Under the pieces are notes generated by a model. That model saw nothing but the letters and a program-made list of their open reading frames with translations. It was not told the origin of the DNA and searched no databases. A program made the position numbers and the translations under genes. Of a stretch of 64,000 bases of DNA, positions 1 through 12,769 are shown piece by piece. The stretch is from Octopus bimaculoides (taxonomy: Eukaryota): NCBI RefSeq assembly GCF_001194135.2, contig NC_069004.1:8393942-8457941 (forward strand), in the 5' to 3' direction. The first letter of the stretch is position 1; every line of letters starts with the position of its first letter.

Positions 1-347
1 GTTAGTCTATCACTTCGGGCGAATGATTTACCACAGATATCACAGTGATATGGTTTTTCACCTGTATGAGTACGTTTGTGACTGTTTAGGTGACTTGTTA
101 CAGAGAATGATTTACCACAGATATTACAGGTATATGGCCTTTCTCCTGTATGTAAGCGTTTGTGAGTAATTAAGTGATCCATTCGAGAGAGAGTTTTACC
201 ACAGATACCACAGTTGTATCGTTTCTCTTTTCTGTGAATACATTTATGTTTGGAAAGGCTACTCTCTAGAGAGAATGTCTTTTGACAGATCTCACAGCGA
301 TATGATGATTTTCCCTCCTCCTTTGGCAGTTCCTCAGAAAAATCCAT
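1..347 (-). CDS. G1: C2H2 zinc-finger protein, N-terminal part (runs off the left edge)
   Basis: Hand translation from the ATG at 347: [72 protein letters not shown]..., open to base 1. Absent from the ORF track because its stop lies outside the window. Confidence 0.93.
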   Translation of the reverse strand, partial: MDFSEELPKEEGKSSYRCEICQKTFSLESSLSKHKCIHRKEKRYNCGICGKTLSRMDHLITHKRLHTGERPYTCNICGKSFSVTSHLNSHKRTHTGEKPYHCDICGKSFARSDRL

Positions 348-725
348 TCTTTTCTTTTTTTCTTCCACACAATAGTTATATTGATATTTTTCCTCCTATT
401 TATTTATGTCAACGCTTTCTACTGCATTACCTCCCTCAACTGTTATCTTTGTTGTTATCAGTAAATGGTAGCAAACTACTAATTTGTAAAATAGTCCAAA
501 TTCAATTAGAATACAAAATGCTTTCATACACCTCCCAGACAATGGGGAGAAATGTTTCACTTGAAAGAATTGTCAGGAACTAAAAAGATACATTCATAGA
601 AGTTGTAGTGCTTCAGTGTAAAATCTTTCCTTTCTTTGTAAATGGTGAGAAATATTGATGTTATATCTTTGACGCCAATCTGATCTGTTATTCTGAAATG
701 ATAGGAAAACAGTGTAAGATATTAA

Positions 726-942
726 CCCTTTAGCATTCAGATTAATTTGTCAAAAGTAATCCTTATTTATTCACATTTTAAAAATTTATCTGATATTATT
801 TTGTAGCTTCAAGATAGGAAAGATGTAATTGCTTATTTTGAATGACATTGCAGGGTAGGTGTGAGATGCTGGTTCTGGCCAGTTCAAGCATAAAATGTGT
901 AGAATATTTGGGCCGGATACAGCCGGTTTAAACACTAAAGGG
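726..942. mobile_element. piggyBac-like MITE (217 bp)
   Basis: TTAA TSD (722-725, 943-946); CCCTTTAG...CTAAAGGG termini; empty site visible in the G2 unit (agatattaaagataatt). Confidence 0.85.
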
Positions 943-1084
943 TTAAACATTATTAATAAGTAGGGCTTTGACAGTGAAATTTTACGTTAATTCCATATTG
1001 AATAACCCTGGTTCATTTACTTTAAAAACTGCTTCTTCATCTGTTATTTAAATTATGTATACGGACAGCAATTCTACATGGTAG

Positions 1085-1278
1085 TGAAATGTAGGCCTTG
1101 AATGCAGAGGACTTGTGAAGATTAAAGAGGAATGAGGCTAGGATGCTCTGCTGGATGTGTAATGTAAGTGTATATGTTCATCAGAATGCTAGTGTATTGA
1201 GAAAGAAGTTAGGCATCAGAGGAATTAGGTGCAGTGTGCAAGAGAGAAGACTGCACTAGTTTGGTCATGTGATGCGCA
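1085..1278 (+). mobile_element. RTE-like LINE fragment (ORF C-terminus)
   Basis: Translates ...RNEARMLCWMCNVS...VLRKKLGIRGIRCSVQERRLH*FGHVMR-like (with frameshifts). Confidence 0.65.
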
Positions 1279-1850
1279 AATGGGGGTGGGGAGAGGACAG
1301 TTGAAAAATTCACAAGATCCGATTTTTCCCTAATAGCTTTCAGGAAAAAATATATATATATTAATTAAATTTTATAGAAATACCGTTCAAATGACACAAA
1401 TTACGATTATATAGAAATTCCTGGGGGAGAAATGTTTGCCGAAAGGGTTAGGGAGAGGATTTCAGAAAACTCACACGATCCGTTTTTTTCCCCCACCTCA
1501 TAACTTTCAGGAAAATGGATATCCTCAGATGAAATTTTACAGAAACACCTTTTAAACAGCATAGATGATGATTATAAAGAAATTTGTGGGGGGGGGGGAA
1601 TGCTTTCCGAAAGGGTGGGGAGAGGACTGTCGGAAAGTACACACGATTCGCTTTTTTCCCTGATAACTTTCAGAATCTAGTTTAGTGCCCGGTCACTAAA
1701 ACTAAAAATGACCAGTCTAATAAGAGTTTAAAAAAAAAAACGTAGAAAGAGAATATGAAAACAAAAATGTGCGCAAACTAACGGGAAGGGGGAACTTTCG
1801 GAAAATTTACACGATCCGATCTTTTCCCTCATAACTTTCAGGTTTTTTAT
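1279..1850 (+). repeat. ~165-bp tandem unit (about 3 copies plus a partial); probably internal to a DNA transposon
   Basis: Unit starts at ~1281, ~1444, ~1611; related copies at 11590-11720 and inverted at 45215-45510. Confidence 0.75.
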
Positions 1851-2732
1851 GTTTTTTTTTTTACCGGGATTTATTCTGTACATTGACCGAAATTTGTGGG
1901 GAAAACTTGGTTCATGACCTTTATAAACATTAACCAACAAGTTTATTAAAATATATTTCTTAGGACTTACTTTTTTTAACACGCATCCAAGTATTAATTC
2001 AAAAACTGAGACAAAGACTACCACCTGTTAATTTCGGAGGTAGAATTTTGGTTTCAGCACCCCATATAACGCCCCCCATACGTTGTTTTTTTATCTTTTG
2101 GAATGATCAGAAAGATTTTGCAAATTTAGAGCTTACACCAGGATTCCAACTACAGACATTTTATACAATGCTGGGGTTTATCTATAGCGATTTTTAAAAC
2201 ATGTACGTAAAAGTCATAGTATTTTAATAACATACTTGTTAGAAACTGTGCGTCTTCTTACACAAATACTTATGCAGACTCGCTCGGTGCAGATCAAATA
2301 AAAACACGTTTATGCGCAAAATTATTTAAAATTTTTATTTTAAAGTCACAAAATGAGGTAGATTTATAATGCCCATATTTTAAAACCCTGATTTAAAAAA
2401 AAATTAGCTGTTTACAATATTACCAGCAACCGAAAATCATACAGAAAAAATAGGGCGACGGGCGGAAAAATTTTTTGACATAAGTTCAATGTTGTAATGT
2501 GGGGACGGGTGTGTGTAAAAATTTCAATTACAATTTTTATCATTTATTTAATCGTATAATATAGAGTTTGTGGAACAGAAAGTCGGAAAATTTATCTGCA
2601 AATACCAAAAACTAAAAATGTTACAAGTACAAAATGTTCCCTTCAATATAATCACCTCATCAGCCAAGTGAAACACGATTCGATTATTTACATACATTAT
2701 TACAATATTAAAACAGACGTTTATCAACTTAC

Positions 2733-2940
2733 CGTCTTTAGATGTAAACAGTGAATCAATGTGTTGTATGTTTTTTTCTACCAATGTAAATATCTGATAG
2801 AATGAAGTTCGTTGATGTTTCATTATATAACTTTATCCTACCATCAACATCCAACTTCCTAACACAATAAAATCCTAACTACTAACAATGAGCAAGTAAA
2901 GCTGACTTTACGTCTGCAGCCGAACTTTCGATACGAAATA
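2733..2940 (-). promoter_or_regulatory. G1 non-coding exon 1 + conserved promoter/5' motif
   Basis: Donor G|GTAAGT (intron 693-2732); acceptor polyY-TTTCAG at 693-694; motif aagtaaagctgac...cagccgaactttcgata at ~2893-2932. Confidence 0.75.
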
Positions 2941-3537
2941 TCATAAGCTAAATGGTAGTGTCCCCTGTCAGCTACCAATGCGATGCTAGTACGTTTCCAG
3001 TAGACATTTTATTTTAAAATAAAATGTTTATAAAACGTATGTATACAATACATACGTCTTGTGTTTCAAGATTTTTTTTTTTATTATTCCAGGTATAAAA
3101 AAAATCACAGAGCAACTATTCAAAATGTTTCATCACTGTTTCACTGAAGCAGTGACAAACACTACAGGCTTTCTACATTTTCTGTCAACAAATCGAAACA
3201 TTACAGTGGTATGGTTTCTCAACCATATGAAAAAGTATGAGCTTAATTAGGCCAGAATTATTTACCACACATACAACAGACTGGAGCCCGGGACAGCTCT
3301 CCAGCTAACCAACTCTTGTCAAACCGTCTTACCCATGCTAGCATGGAGAAAAGAACACTAAATGGTAACGATAACACTATATGGTTTCTGACCTGTACAA
3401 ATACATTTTTGACCAGTTAAGATACTTCCATCAATGAATGATTTACCAGATACTGTCATCACGATTTCTCTTTTGTATGAATGCATCTCATCTGTATCAA
3501 TAAATGACTTATTCCGTTGAATAATTTATCAAAGATA

Positions 3538-4518
3538 TCAGTTATATGGTTTTTCATTTGAATGATTCCGTTTATGAGCAGTTAACGACTTTCTACTTGT
3601 GAATGAGCTACCACAGTTGTTGCAGTGATATGGTTTCTCTCCAGTATGAATACGTCTCTTATGTTTCGTTAACTGATTTGTTAGACGGAATGATATGCCA
3701 CAGATATCACATGAATATGGTTTCTCACCAGTATGAGTACGTCTGTGAACAGTTAGTGAACCTCCAACAATGAATGATTTACCACAGATATCACAGTGAT
3801 ATGGCTTCTCACTTGTATGAATGCGTCTCCTGTGTACTATTAACTGACTCGAGTGAGAGAATAATTTACCACATATATCACAGGGATAAGGCTTTTCTCC
3901 TGTGTGAGTACGTTTGTGTTTAGTTAATTTACCAGCATCAATGAATGACTTACCACAGATATCACAGTGATATGGTTTCTCTCCTGTATGAATACGTATG
4001 TGAGAATTTAAGTGTACTTTTTGAAAGAATGATTTTCCACAGATATCACAGCGATATGACTTCTCTCCTGTATGAATGTTTTTGTGTTTAGTCAAATTAC
4101 CCCTTTCAGAGAAAAATTCACCACAAGTGTTACACTGATACGGTTTCTCTCCTGTATGAGTACGTATATGTCGTGTTAAATCATAAGTCTGAGAGAATGA
4201 TTTACCACAAGTATCACAGTGAAATGGTGTTTCACCTGTATGTGTACGTTTATGTCTGTTTAAGCTACTTGCTACAGAGAATGAATTACCACAGATATTA
4301 CAGGTATATGGCCTTTCTCCTGTATGTAAACGTCTGTGATTGTTTAAGTAATCCGTACGAGAGAATGATTTACCACAGATATGACAGTTATATCGTTTCT
4401 CTTTTCTGTGAATACATTTATGGTTGGAAAGGCGACTCTCAAGAGAGAATGTCTTTTGACAGACATCACAGTGATATGATGATTTTCCCTCCTTTAGCAA
4501 TTCTTCAGAAAAATCCAT
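3538..4518 (-). CDS. G2: C2H2 zinc-finger protein, 326 aa, 11 fingers
   Basis: CX2CX12HX3-4H repeats with TGEKPY linkers; MDFSEEL leader. Confidence 0.96.
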   Translation of the reverse strand: MDFSEELLKEGKSSYHCDVCQKTFSLESRLSNHKCIHRKEKRYNCHICGKSFSRTDYLNNHRRLHTGERPYTCNICGNSFSVASSLNRHKRTHTGETPFHCDTCGKSFSQTYDLTRHIRTHTGEKPYQCNTCGEFFSERGNLTKHKNIHTGEKSYRCDICGKSFFQKVHLNSHIRIHTGEKPYHCDICGKSFIDAGKLTKHKRTHTGEKPYPCDICGKLFSHSSQLIVHRRRIHTSEKPYHCDICGKSFIVGGSLTVHRRTHTGEKPYSCDICGISFRLTNQLTKHKRRIHTGEKPYHCNNCGSSFTSRKSLTAHKRNHSNEKPYN

Positions 4519-6660
4519 TTTATTTTTTTAAATTTCACACAATAGTTATATTGATATTTTCCATTCTATTGATTCATTACAGCACTGATGAAAAGACTGC
4601 AATACTGCCATCAACTATTATATTTGTTGTTATCAGAAAGTGGTAGCAAACTACTTCTTTGTCAATCAGTCCAAATTGAATTAGAATACAAAATCCTCTT
4701 ATAGGCCTTTTAGACAATGAGGAAATATGTTTCACTTGAAAGAACTCTCAGTAACTCAAGCAATAAATTTACAGAAGAGTCGTAACTTATCTGTATAAAA
4801 TCTTCCATTTCTCTTGTAAATGGTGACAAATATTAAGAATATATCTTTAACGCCAATCTCATCCGATACTCTGAAATGATAGTAAAAGAGTGTAAGATAT
4901 TAAAGATAATTAAAAAGTAGGAATTTGACAAGCGAAATTTTACATCAATTACATATTGATAAACCCATGAAATAGGTAGAGTTTCAGATCAGTAAGCCCA
5001 GATAGGTTGGATTTTCTCCGTTCGGATAGGGATGTTTCGATTACACCCACCTATGGCTTTGGATAAGACAGAGGAAGCTTTTTTTGAAAATATATGATGT
5101 TTATCACTCCTATCTGGACAAAGTTTAGCCAATCTTTTTTACAGTACACACTTAACATCGATGAGAGAAGCTTTTTAGTAAAAGAAAAATTTCAGAAAAT
5201 GTTTCGCATATTTAATTAATGAATGGTATTGAACCAGTGTGTGTGTTAATTATATTGGCATAATGGATCGCCCTAGACACAATAAAGTCTTGTTTTTATT
5301 ATTGCAACAACGCCAATTAAACCTGTCTTTTGCATGCTGGAATGCATCAATGTTTGCTAACGGCAAATACTTGTTTCTACTCCACTGTTTCTTTGAAAAA
5401 CTGGAGAAAAGAATCTCATTGTACCTGATTTCACAAATCTACTCTGAGCAAAGGATATTACATGTTGCTTCCAACCTTCACATACAGCGTATAATTCCAA
5501 AATTTCAATTCAATTGTGATATGCTTGCTGAAGGGTATTTAAATTTTGCAGCCAGAATAGATTTGTTCTTAAAAAACATATTTTTACGTCAACAGATTAT
5601 TTTGAAATTATAAACTGAAACGGATTATCTGTGTTTTAAAAAGTATGATCTAAAAAAGTTTTCTAGAAAGAGTAGAAACCAGGATTTATGTAGGTTTAAA
5701 AATTAAATTTTTCCTTTGTTTTTTGTTGCATAATCCTATGATTTCCCGTGTTCTGAACACAAATTCGCAAAAGTTTTCCTAAAACTAAAAAACAAAAACA
5801 AAAAAAAACAACGAAGTGATTAGGCGTTGACTCTAAGATGAAGCAACAGGTCAAATAAAAGTTTTCTTAACGACTTACTTTTGACATGGATTCAAATATT
5901 GGCTGGAGAATTCGGAGACTAAGACAAATGATGACTACTTGTTCATTTCGAAGGATTTTGGTTTGAGCACTCCATATAACCCCTCATGCGTTTCCTTATT
6001 TTTTTGGAATTGTCAGAAAATGTTTGCCAATTTGGTGCTTAAACAAGGATTCCACTTACGAGACATTGCTGGGGTTTAACCACACTAATTTATAAAAAAA
6101 TCTACGTAAAAGACGACGTATTTTAATAACATACTTTTCTGTGAGTAACTGTTTTTTTATAACACGGATACACATGCAGACTCGCCTGGTGCAGATCAAA
6201 TAAAATTATGCTCAAGCGCAATATTTTGGCTCAACTTTTTCAATTTTTATTTTGAAATGAAAAGAAGTGGGGAAATTCGTAATGTCCGCATTATAAATCC
6301 TTAGTTAAAAAAATTCCGACAGTTCTTAGTTGTAATGCGGGGAGGAAAGAGTAAAAATTTCAATTACAAATTGGTTTTTTGTTTTTGTTTTTTTTTTGGC
6401 TTAATCGTGCGAGATAGTTTGTAGAACACAGAGTCGTAAAATTTTTCTGAAAATACCAAAGACTAAAAATGGGTAAATGTTATGACAAGCTACAAAGTGT
6501 GCTTCGATCCAGAATCTATAATAGCCCGACAGGTTTAAATGGTTCTTCGATTAGAACTGCGCTATTCACTTCAATATAATCACCTTATCAGCCAAGTGAA
6601 ACAAGATTCTATTACTTACATACATTATTACAGCATTAAAACAGACGTTTATCAACTTAC

Positions 6661-6850
6661 CGTTTTCAGATGTAAACAGTATATCAGTGCGTTATATATC
6701 AATGTAAATATCTGACGGTTAGAATGAAATTCTTTGATGTTTCACTTTAGAACTTTACCATCAAAATTCAGCTTCCTACAGCAATAAAATCCTAACTTGT
6801 GACAATGAGCAAGTGAAGCTGACTTTACGTCTGCAGCCGAACTTTCGATC
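6661..6850 (-). promoter_or_regulatory. G2 non-coding exon 1 + promoter motif
   Basis: Donor at 6659-6660, acceptor at 4871-4872; same motif at 6803-6850. Confidence 0.75.
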
Positions 6851-6882
6851 CCAAGAAATATAACCTTCTGTTGCCGAGTTAT

Positions 6883-7534
6883 NNNNNNNNNNNNNNNNNN
6901 NNNNNNNNNNNNNNNNNNNNNNNNNNNNNNNNNNNNNNNNNNNNNNNNNNNNNNNNNNNNNNNNNNNNNNNNNNNNNNNNNNNNNNNNNNNNNNNNNNNN
7001 NNNNNNNNNNNNNNNNNNNNNNNNNNNNNNNNNNNNNNNNNNNNNNNNNNNNNNNNNNNNNNNNNNNNNNNNNNNNNNNNNNNNNNNNNNNNNNNNNNNN
7101 NNNNNNNNNNNNNNNNNNNNNNNNNNNNNNNNNNNNNNNNNNNNNNNNNNNNNNNNNNNNNNNNNNNNNNNNNNNNNNNNNNNNNNNNNNNNNNNNNNNN
7201 NNNNNNNNNNNNNNNNNNNNNNNNNNNNNNNNNNNNNNNNNNNNNNNNNNNNNNNNNNNNNNNNNNNNNNNNNNNNNNNNNNNNNNNNNNNNNNNNNNNN
7301 NNNNNNNNNNNNNNNNNNNNNNNNNNNNNNNNNNNNNNNNNNNNNNNNNNNNNNNNNNNNNNNNNNNNNNNNNNNNNNNNNNNNNNNNNNNNNNNNNNNN
7401 NNNNNNNNNNNNNNNNNNNNNNNNNNNNNNNNNNNNNNNNNNNNNNNNNNNNNNNNNNNNNNNNNNNNNNNNNNNNNNNNNNNNNNNNNNNNNNNNNNNN
7501 NNNNNNNNNNNNNNNNNNNNNNNNNNNNNNNNNN
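6883..7534. other. Assembly gap (652 N)
   Basis: N run. Confidence 1.
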
Positions 7535-7572
7535 CATGCTAGAAATAACAGCCAAATCTCACAAAACTAGTG

Positions 7573-7662
7573 TTAGGGTTAGGGTTAGGGTTAGGGTCAT
7601 GGTTAGGGTTAGGGTTAGGGTTACGGTCAGGGTTAGGGTTAGGGTTTGAGTTAGGGTTAGGT
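7573..7662 (+). repeat. Interstitial (TTAGGG)n tract with variant units
   Basis: About 14 hexamers including TCATGG, TTACGG, TCAGGG and TTTGAG variants. Confidence 0.92.
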
Positions 7663-8569
7663 TTACCCTGTGGATCTATATAAAAACCGGTGGGGGGGGG
7701 ATCGAAATTTTGAAATTGAGATTTTTGAAAATTTTTTTCCAGAATCGGATTCTCCATGGTCTGAAACATAGGATTCCGTAAAAAAAAACAAAATTTAAAA
7801 GTTGGGGTATACCCAGATTACATATACTCCATCTCCACCCCAATGTCCACCAAATGTTTTTAAAACGTTATAGAGGTTTAAAGTTTGATCATTTTCACGC
7901 AGTCAGGAAACAGGGTTTGGAGGCTGTCAATCCGTGCGTTACTCCACATGTTGTTCTAAACATCCGGAAAATAGCACGTGTTGTCAAGAAAGCGTAAATA
8001 ACACGTCGTTTATAGTTTAAGTTATTGCGACAGTTAAAAGATTTATCCAAAAAAGTTATGTAGCTGTTATTTTTAGCACACCTCAATGACAAAAAGGAAT
8101 TGAGTAAACAACACATATTTCGTAGTTTTTTGCATTCAACCTGCATTTAATGAATCAGATTGCAAAGTATAACAAGAATGGACAAAATGATTAATCTGAA
8201 ACACAATTCATTCTCAAAACACTGCATGAATCAGTAACTAATGCAATACAATATTTATAATAAACAAAGAATTATTAACACCAGAAAAGAAAACCAAAAA
8301 AAAAAAAATAAATAAATTGAAATTAGGCTGTATTCCAGGTTTCATAGACAGGGAAAAACATTTGAATTCTATGCACCATTTTGAGGAATAATTTTCATAG
8401 CTAGCTTCCCTACACATCACTGTCTCTTTGAAAGTGTACTGGATGTATTTTTGTGTGGAGCCAGCACTACAGAGGCTGTCATGTGCTTGGCAACATTACA
8501 ATGCTGATATCTCTGTTCATTTGCCACTCACTTCACAGTGTGCGTTTCTAAGTAAATGAGTGATTTCAT

Positions 8570-9533
8570 ACAGAAAGTGATCTGCCACAGATAGATATCT
8601 GTCGTATAGATTTTCTTTGGAACGAATACATTTGTGTTTGGTTAAATGACTTTTTGGAGAAAATGATTTACCACCGATATCACAGTAGTATGATTTTTCC
8701 TTCTGTATGAATGCATTTGTGAGTAATTAAAGCAAACCAATTTACCAGATATCAGTGATATGATTATTCCCCTTGTATAAGTTTGTGCTTAATTGCAAGA
8801 CTATCTTAAGGCGGCGAGCTGGCAGAATGATTAGTGGTATTTCGTCTGTCTTTATGTTTTGAGTTCAAATTCTGCCAAAGTTGACTTTGCCTTTCATCCT
8901 TTTGGGGTCAATAAATTAAGTACTAGTTGCGTACTGGCGTTAATCTAATCGACTGGCCCCCTCCCCCAAAATTTCGGAACTTGTGCCAAGAGTAGAAAAG
9001 AATTACATCACTATTTTGGAAGAGAGATTTACCACAAATATCACACTGAAGGGTTTCTTCTCCAATATTGATACATCTGTGAATAGTTAAATGATTTGTC
9101 TAAGAGAATAATGTACCACAACATCCCAGTAATATAAGTTCTCTCCTGTGAGAGTGTATTTGTCTTTAGTTAAATAACACCTTTCATAGTCATTCACTAC
9201 AGATATTACAGTGGTATGTTTTCTCACCTGTATGAAAAGTATCAGCTTCATTAGGCCAGACCAATTTACTGTATATACAACAGACTGGAGCCTGGTGCAG
9301 CTCTCTAGCTTACCAGTTCTAGTTAAATAGTCTTACCCATGCTAGCCTGGAAAAAAGAACACTAAATGAGGATGATAACATTATATGGCTTCTGACCTGT
9401 ATGAATACATTTTTGACCAGTTAATGTACTTCCATCAATGAAAGATTTACCAAAGATATTGTAATCACTTCATTTCTCTTTTGTATGAATGCATCCCAGC
9501 TGTATCAATACATGACTTGTTCCACTGAAGATA
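8570..9533 (-). pseudogene. Decayed zinc-finger repeats in the G3 3' region
   Basis: Recurrent tgatttaccacagatatcacagt-like units with stops and indels; interrupted by a SINE and an RTE-like tail. Confidence 0.85.
8808..9000 (+). mobile_element. tRNA-derived SINE, family A (aaggcggcgagctggcaga head)
   Basis: Same family at 12288, 39407, 51021, 59222, 59664; diverged ~17-bp TSD. Confidence 0.88.
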
Positions 9534-10430
9534 TCAGTTATATGGTTTCTCATTTGAATGATTCCGTTTATGAGCAGTTAATGACCTTCTACTTGTGAAT
9601 GATCTACCACAGTTATTGCAGTGATATGATTTCTCTCCTGTATGAATGCGCCTTTTATGTACTGTCAACTGATTGGTTCGACAGAATGATATGCCACAGA
9701 TATCACATGGATATGGTCTTTCGCCTGTATGTATACGTCTGTGAACAGTTAGTGAACCTCCTTCAATGAAAGATTTACCACAAGTATCACAGCAATATGG
9801 CTTTTCTCCTGTGTGAATACGTTTGTGTTTTTTCAATGTATCAGCATAAATGAATGAAGTACCACAGACATCACAGTGATACGGTCTCTCACCTGTATGA
9901 GTACGTTTGTGAGAATTTAAATGTACTTTTTGAAAGAAGGATTTTCCACAGATGTCACAGCAATATGACTTCTCTCCTGTATGAATGTTTTTGTGTTTAG
10001 CCAAGTTACCTCTTTCAGAGAATGATTCACCACAAGTATTACACTGATATGGTTTCTCTCCTGTATGAGTACGTACGTGGCTAGTTAAGCCATTAGTCTG
10101 AGAGAATGACTTACCACAGATATCACAGTGATATGGTTTTTCACCTGTATGAGTACGTTTGTGACTGCTTAGGTGACTTGCTACAGTGAATGAATTACCA
10201 CAGATATTACAGGTATATGGCCTTTCTCCTGTATGTAAGCGTTTGTGTGTATATAAGTGATCCAGTCGAGAGAATGATTTACCACAGGTATCACAGTTGT
10301 ATGGTTTCTCGTCTGTGTGCACACATTTATGGTTGGTAAGTCTACTTTTTAGAAAAAATGTTCTTTGACAGATATCACAGCAATATGATGATTTTCCCTC
10401 CTTCTTTGGCAATTGTTCAGGAGAATCCAT
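9534..10430 (-). CDS. G3: C2H2 zinc-finger protein, 298 aa, 10 fingers
   Basis: Close paralogue of G2 lacking one internal finger (HSSQLIV). Confidence 0.96.
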   Translation of the reverse strand: MDSPEQLPKKEGKSSYCCDICQRTFFLKSRLTNHKCVHTDEKPYNCDTCGKSFSRLDHLYTHKRLHTGERPYTCNICGNSFTVASHLSSHKRTHTGEKPYHCDICGKSFSQTNGLTSHVRTHTGEKPYQCNTCGESFSERGNLAKHKNIHTGEKSYCCDICGKSFFQKVHLNSHKRTHTGERPYHCDVCGTSFIYADTLKKHKRIHTGEKPYCCDTCGKSFIEGGSLTVHRRIHTGERPYPCDICGISFCRTNQLTVHKRRIHTGEKSYHCNNCGRSFTSRRSLTAHKRNHSNEKPYN

Positions 10431-11511
10431 TGTTCTTAAATTTTTCTTACTTCAAATGTTATCTCTGTTGTTCTCAGTAAGTGGTAGCAAACTACTTTGT
10501 AAGTCAGTCAAAATTTAAGTAGAATACAAAATCATCTCATACAAATTTTATACAATGAAGAGAAATGTCTCGCTCAGAAGAACCAACTTTCAGTAACGCA
10601 TGGAGAAATTTATAGAAACAAGAGTTGTAGCTCATCTGTATAAAATCTTCCTCTTCTCTGTAAATGACGATATATATTGATTATATATCCTTAATGGCAA
10701 TGTCTCTCATATCCTGAAATGATAGAGAAATAGTTTAAGATATTAAAGATAATTAAAAAGTAGAGATTCAATAGTAAAATTCTACTAGAATTGTATATTG
10801 TTGAACTATCGATATATTCTTTTACCTCAAAAACTGAACCATATATTTTTATTTGTCATTTAGATTACATTATACGAAGTTGTACAAAATTTATTCACAG
10901 ACTACATCTTCAGATTGTGTAACATTATATATATTAAACAATAATTATTATACATTATACTTGGATGAAGGTCTTCGGTCATTCAGAATGTCTTCAGGTG
11001 AATCTCATAACACTGCGATTATATACCTAGGAATACATTATTTAGCGTGTCCAACCCTACACTCTGTAATCCTTTCTAAGATGATAAAGTGTAATCTAAA
11101 AGAAATTAGTCTCCCATTTCAAGATGGTCAAGAAGCCCCAGTGACTCATTGCAGTTTTGACCCTGAATCAATCGTGACTGACGAAACCTCCAATCAAATT
11201 AAATTTCCTTTCATCGATGCGTCGGGTTTCGTGAGTGAATGAAGAGTGAATGAAGAAATAAGTTTTTAAAATTTCTCAAAATGGAAACCTATGTACTAGT
11301 AGATGCATTCATATTGGAAAGAAAGAATATTCTCAGAATGATGTAGTCTTAGTACCCATGTACCTTGTCATACACGAGAGAAGCTGTATCATTATATCTG
11401 TGGCAAATTGCTATTCAATTTTTTTGTACTACTTAAAAATAATTGGAAAAGCCTTTTCGATAAAAACAAAAAAAGTTTCGAAAATTTCAGACGAAAAGGT
11501 GTGCGATTTAA

Positions 11512-11742
11512 AGGGTCAATATAAAGTTTAATATCCCAACGAAAAAGAAAAAAACAACAGCCGAATACGAAAAAAAAAATTGTGCAAACGAACGTGGAGA
11601 AGGAGAGTTTCGGAAAATTCACAAGATCCGATTTTTCCCTCATAACTTTCAGGAAAATTGATATTTATTGATGAAATTAAACAGAAATACTGTTCAAATG
11701 GCACAAATTATAAAGAAATTTCGGTCAATATAAATTGACCTT
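11512..11742. mobile_element. Kolobok-like MITE (231 bp)
   Basis: TTAA flanks (11508-11511, 11743-11746); AGGGTCAAT / ATTGACCTT termini; contains one 165-bp unit. Confidence 0.5.
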
Positions 11743-11959
11743 TTAAAGGAGATTTAGCTATTGTTTCTAGTACATCCTACGATCTTCCTGATACCTTCTT
11801 CGATTCTTTGTCACTTTGACGTGTATTCATGTTCTTCAATATTTTTCTACCCATAAACAAATGGAAAGGTAGTCCTTCTCTCCCACCAAGTGAGTGTGTG
11901 TGTGTAAGAAAAACACTTACAAACAAACAAGCATGTTATTAAAATAAGTTACATTTTCC

Positions 11960-12287
11960 NNNNNNNNNNNNNNNNNNNNNNNNNNNNNNNNNNNNNNNNN
12001 NNNNNNNNNNNNNNNNNNNNNNNNNNNNNNNNNNNNNNNNNNNNNNNNNNNNNNNNNNNNNNNNNNNNNNNNNNNNNNNNNNNNNNNNNNNNNNNNNNNN
12101 NNNNNNNNNNNNNNNNNNNNNNNNNNNNNNNNNNNNNNNNNNNNNNNNNNNNNNNNNNNNNNNNNNNNNNNNNNNNNNNNNNNNNNNNNNNNNNNNNNNN
12201 NNNNNNNNNNNNNNNNNNNNNNNNNNNNNNNNNNNNNNNNNNNNNNNNNNNNNNNNNNNNNNNNNNNNNNNNNNNNNNNNNNNNNNN
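11960..12287. other. Assembly gap (328 N); predicted to hide G3 exon 1 and its promoter
   Basis: No donor motif is found for G3. Sequence right of the gap and SINE matches the promoter-upstream flank of other units. Confidence 0.9.
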
Positions 12288-12432
12288 CCTCAGTACACAA
12301 CTGGTACTTAATTTATCGACCCCCCCGAAAGGATGAAAAGCAAACTCGACCTCGGCGGAATTTGAACTCAGAATGTAAAGACAGACGAAATACCGCTAAG
12401 CATTTCGCCCGGCGCGCTAACGTCTCTGCCAG
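12288..12432 (-). mobile_element. SINE family A at the G3 promoter position
   Basis: Matches family A; followed by gtcaaatattataacc, the post-motif flank of other units. Confidence 0.88.
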
Positions 12433-12769
12433 ATGTCAAATATTATAACCTGAATTGTAGTGTCCAGTTGGACATGTCAGCTCCCAATGAGGGTACGGGA
12501 TGTTTCCATCAGAGTTTTATAAACATTTTCAGAAAGACATCTCTCTGATCTTTAGAATATGAATAAAACACATTAGTCGTAGGTGGAAACGTTAAGAAAC
12601 CAGTGGACAAAATTAGTGTCGGTTTCATCAAATAATTACCGTTTTTTCCCTGCCTCTACTGTTTAATATTATTGTCAAACATACTGTGAGTGTTATTTTT
12701 CAATGAAAGATGTTCATTGACGAAAGTTGGATAACCACTGTTCTAAAGTATGACAATCATTCCTTATTT

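Noticed and set aside
348-692. Coding N-terminal extension in the exon-2 leader (IS.DIGI.DISSIF-like frame)
   Set aside because: The frame stops early in every paralogue checked, indels differ between copies, and exon 1 has an in-frame TGA/TAA two codons before the donor (checked in G1 and G8).
5239-5613. 124-aa plus-strand ORF in the G2 intron
   Set aside because: No recognisable motif and no paralogous copy. It is probably part of an unassigned TE insertion; BLASTx would be needed.
7573-7662. True chromosome end or telomere fusion
   Set aside because: The tract is short, rich in variants, flanked by the continuing gene cluster, and shares a signature with a MITE.
7539-7769. ORF with NPNPNP repeats
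   Set aside because: It is a translation of (CCCTAA)n, not a protein.
6776-12300. ORFs made largely of X
   Set aside because: They are artefacts of translating N gaps.
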